Source: Elusimicrobiota bacterium (GTDB taxonomy: Bacteria > Elusimicrobiota > Elusimicrobia > UBA1565 > UBA9628). Taken from it: a stretch of DNA of 44,522 nucleotides. The translations under genes and the position numbers were made by a program. Below the pieces are notes generated by a model, which searched no databases, was not told where the DNA came from, and was given only the letters and a program-made list of their open reading frames with translations. This document shows positions 43,301 to 44,522 of the stretch, piece after piece (within the stretch, counting starts at the first letter, position 1; every line of letters begins with the position of its first letter). The stretch lies in NCBI GenBank assembly GCA_038060535.1, contig JBBTHA010000128.1:1-44522 (forward strand), written 5' to 3'.

Positions 43301-43874
43301 TCTTGAACCACTCCATGAGACCAGGGTGCTCGAAGACCGCGAGGTATTCCAGAAGTTCGCGGCGAGGAACTTCTTTGAGTTTGAGCCTGCTGTTTACAGG
43401 CGAACCTCTCAAGTAGGCAAGATACAGATAGTCGGCCAGCGCCTTCGCTTTTTCAGCGATCAAAACAGTCTCGCCGCCTTGTTGAATCGCGCGATAACCG
43501 CAGAAAGAGCGACGCTTGATCGTCCGATAGCCGTAGCTGATTCCCATGACGTCGAACTCGCGCGTGCTTCGCGTGGTCACGGAGGTCACGGAATACACGG
43601 TCTCGGGGATCAGGTGGTAATGGGACAGGGCCGTCTCAAGGGAGATGTAGGACGGCCTGTAAAGCCGGTTGGCGAGTGTCCACTGGGACGGCAGCTCTCC
43701 TTCGACCGCGTACAGTCCTCGCCTAAGCCGCCGCAGAAGTCCGCTCTTCGTGTAACGGATCAGCAGGAACTTGGCTGACGCGGGCGTCGAGCCCGTCACC
43801 GCCTGAAACTCCCGATCGGTGAACGTGCGGAGTCCGGAGGCCGCCAGCTTTTTATGCGTCTCTGCCCATTTCAT
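43263..43874 (-). CDS. abiEi: AbiEi-family antitoxin/transcriptional regulator
   Basis: 203-aa ORF. N-terminal wHTH (FTDREFQAVTG...AKFLLIRYTKSGLLRRLRRGLYAV) and a C-terminal domain as in AbiEi_4-type antitoxins. Overlaps abiEii by 38 nt. Confidence 0.8.
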   Translation of the reverse strand: MKWAETHKKLAASGLRTFTDREFQAVTGSTPASAKFLLIRYTKSGLLRRLRRGLYAVEGELPSQWTLANRLYRPSYISLETALSHYHLIPETVYSVTSVTTRSTREFDVMGISYGYRTIKRRSFCGYRAIQQGGETVLIAEKAKALADYLYLAYLRGSPVNSRLKLKEVPRRELLEYLAVFEHPGLMEWFKNDLKIADHRIQH

Positions 43875-43875
43875 A

Positions 43876-43935
43876 TAAGTAGCTAAATCGCTACTTAACT
43901 AGAATAGCCTTGAGAGACCTTTTTGTCAAGGTCTC
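43876..43935 (-). promoter_or_regulatory. abiE promoter with two inverted repeats (candidate AbiEi operators)
   Basis: Minus strand TTGACA (43929-43924), 17 nt, TATTCT (43906-43901). IR-A GAGACC-N10-GGTCTC (43914-43935) spans the -35. IR-B TAAGTAGC-N6-GCTACTTA (43876-43897) lies between the -10 and the ATG (43874). Confidence 0.6.
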
Positions 43936-44017
43936 GATCTCGCGAGCACGTACTACTTCCGCGTCGAAAGCATAGGTGGGATGAACGAAAAACCCTACGG
44001 TCTTGTTGGAAAGAGTG

Positions 44018-44088
44018 AGCGGGTGATGGGAATCGAACCCACGTCTAAAGCTTGGGAAGCTCTCGTTCTACCATTGAACTACACCCGC
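44018..44088 (-). tRNA. tRNA-Gly (anticodon CCC)
   Basis: Reverse complement: acceptor GCGGGTG/CACCCGC, D stem GTTC/GAAC, anticodon arm AGAGC-TTCCCAA-GCTTT (CCC), 4-nt variable loop, T arm GTGGG-TTCGATT-CCCAT, discriminator U. CCA not encoded. 71 nt. Confidence 0.9.
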
Positions 44089-44300
44089 GAAAACGATTGT
44101 TTTTTAATGACTATTCGCTAAAATCCGCGCTCCCAAAAAACGACTTTCGCGGATTTATTGTCGACTTTTGTGTCGAGTTTTCCAAAAAAGCGGTCAAAGA
44201 ACGGCGCCCGGCCGCGGCGCGGAGAAGCTCCTCAACCGCGCCACAACCGAGCGAAAAAAGTATATCAAATCTTCTCCGCGCGGGTCCCCTCGCCGCGAAC

Positions 44301-44522
44301 TCACAGGCGTTCGAGCTCCTTCTTGAGCTGAGCGGGTAGTTGCTGGATGATGGCCCAGTGGCTCTTCGGCAGGAAAGCCTTGAGCTCGTTGTAGAGGAAC
44401 TTCTTGTCGGCCGCCTCCAGCTTCTCCAAGACCTCCTTGCGCCGTGCTGCGATCGACTTCCTCTCTCCCATCGGCTTGCGCAGGATGAAGTAGAGGTCGT
44501 AGAAGTCCCTCGGCTTGGCGCG
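44301..44522 (-). CDS. second AbiEii-like nucleotidyltransferase, 3' end only (5' part beyond right edge)
   Basis: Not in the ORF track. Hand translation of the reverse strand gives RAKPRDFYDLYFILRKPMGERKSIAARRKEVLEKLEAADKKFLYNELKAFLPKSHWAIIQQLPAQLKKELERL* (TGA at 44303-44301). It is colinear with the C-terminus of the complete AbiEii (PRDFYD[IL]YF, FLP[RK]S, ..EL..L*). Confidence 0.7.
   Translation of the reverse strand, partial: RAKPRDFYDLYFILRKPMGERKSIAARRKEVLEKLEAADKKFLYNELKAFLPKSHWAIIQQLPAQLKKELERL

Noticed and set aside
42048-44017. Direct repeat of the tRNA-Gly 3' end (att-type scar) that would delimit an integrated element
   Set aside because: Scanning by eye for GGGTGATGGGAATCGAACC or sub-strings of 10 nt or more downstream of the tRNA found nothing. 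Only trivial 6-nt matches (GAATCG) occur. No integrase is present.
44052-44339. 95-aa plus-strand ORF (TTG start)
   Set aside because: It runs antisense through tRNA-Gly and the AT-rich spacer. No RBS, and a non-protein-like sequence.
1-44522. CRISPR arrays, rRNA genes, IS elements/transposases, integrases, reverse transcriptases (retron/DGR), prophage structural genes
   Set aside because: I saw no spaced direct-repeat array anywhere, and intergenic space is too small except at 42048-42574 and 44089-44300, which contain no repeats. No ORF shows DDE, tyrosine/serine recombinase or RT motifs.

Overview
Gene-dense, high-G+C bacterial chromosomal segment. Hand counts on typical 60-nt lines give about 62-80% G+C, and the right-hand ~2.5 kb drops to about 42-57%. 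I call 45 protein-coding genes (two cut by the window edges) and 3 tRNAs. Every gene except one (RDD family, 23513-24292) is on the minus strand, and twelve junctions are 4-nt start/stop overlaps.

In transcription order (right to left) the window holds:
- a partial AbiEii-like toxin paralog, tRNA-Gly(CCC), and a complete AbiEi/AbiEii type IV TA pair with a textbook promoter and two inverted repeats;
- a ~0.5 kb decayed non-coding stretch;
- TPR-SpoIID/LytB, a BadF-type sugar kinase, RpiB, fused transaldolase/PGI, KdsC, and a membrane-anchored CBM48-like protein;
- a five-gene single-promoter string: a 1603-aa double Kelch-propeller protein ending in a T9SS-type C-terminal sorting domain, a PorV/PorQ-like barrel, a 520-aa coiled-coil protein, an MDR oxidoreductase, and a GT39 glycosyltransferase;
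- the lone plus-strand RDD gene, and an MFS transporter with a ~225-aa low-complexity N-terminal extension;
- an orphan secreted protein, an ACT protein, a class II amidotransferase, and two membrane-anchored HEAT-repeat paralogs;
- a complete MoxR/DUF58/DUF4381/BatA/BatB-C/BatD/BatE operon and a Fur-family regulator;
- ASCH-MiaB-PilZ-MiaA, a membrane-fused spermidine-synthase-like protein, HflX, GpsA, and DUF151 nuclease-HU-MerR;
- two tRNA-Pro, acylphosphatase, and the 5' part of a sigma-70-family factor.

I see no CRISPR array, rRNA, transposase, integrase or reverse transcriptase.

The candidates most worth follow-up are:
- the Kelch-CTD/PorV/coiled-coil/GT39 string;
- the tRNA-Gly-associated AbiE islet at the right edge, which probably continues beyond the window;
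- the PilZ gene wedged between miaB and miaA;
- the twin HEAT plus amidotransferase unit.

Novelty cannot be shown without database searches, which I could not run. All family assignments rest on motif recognition by eye.
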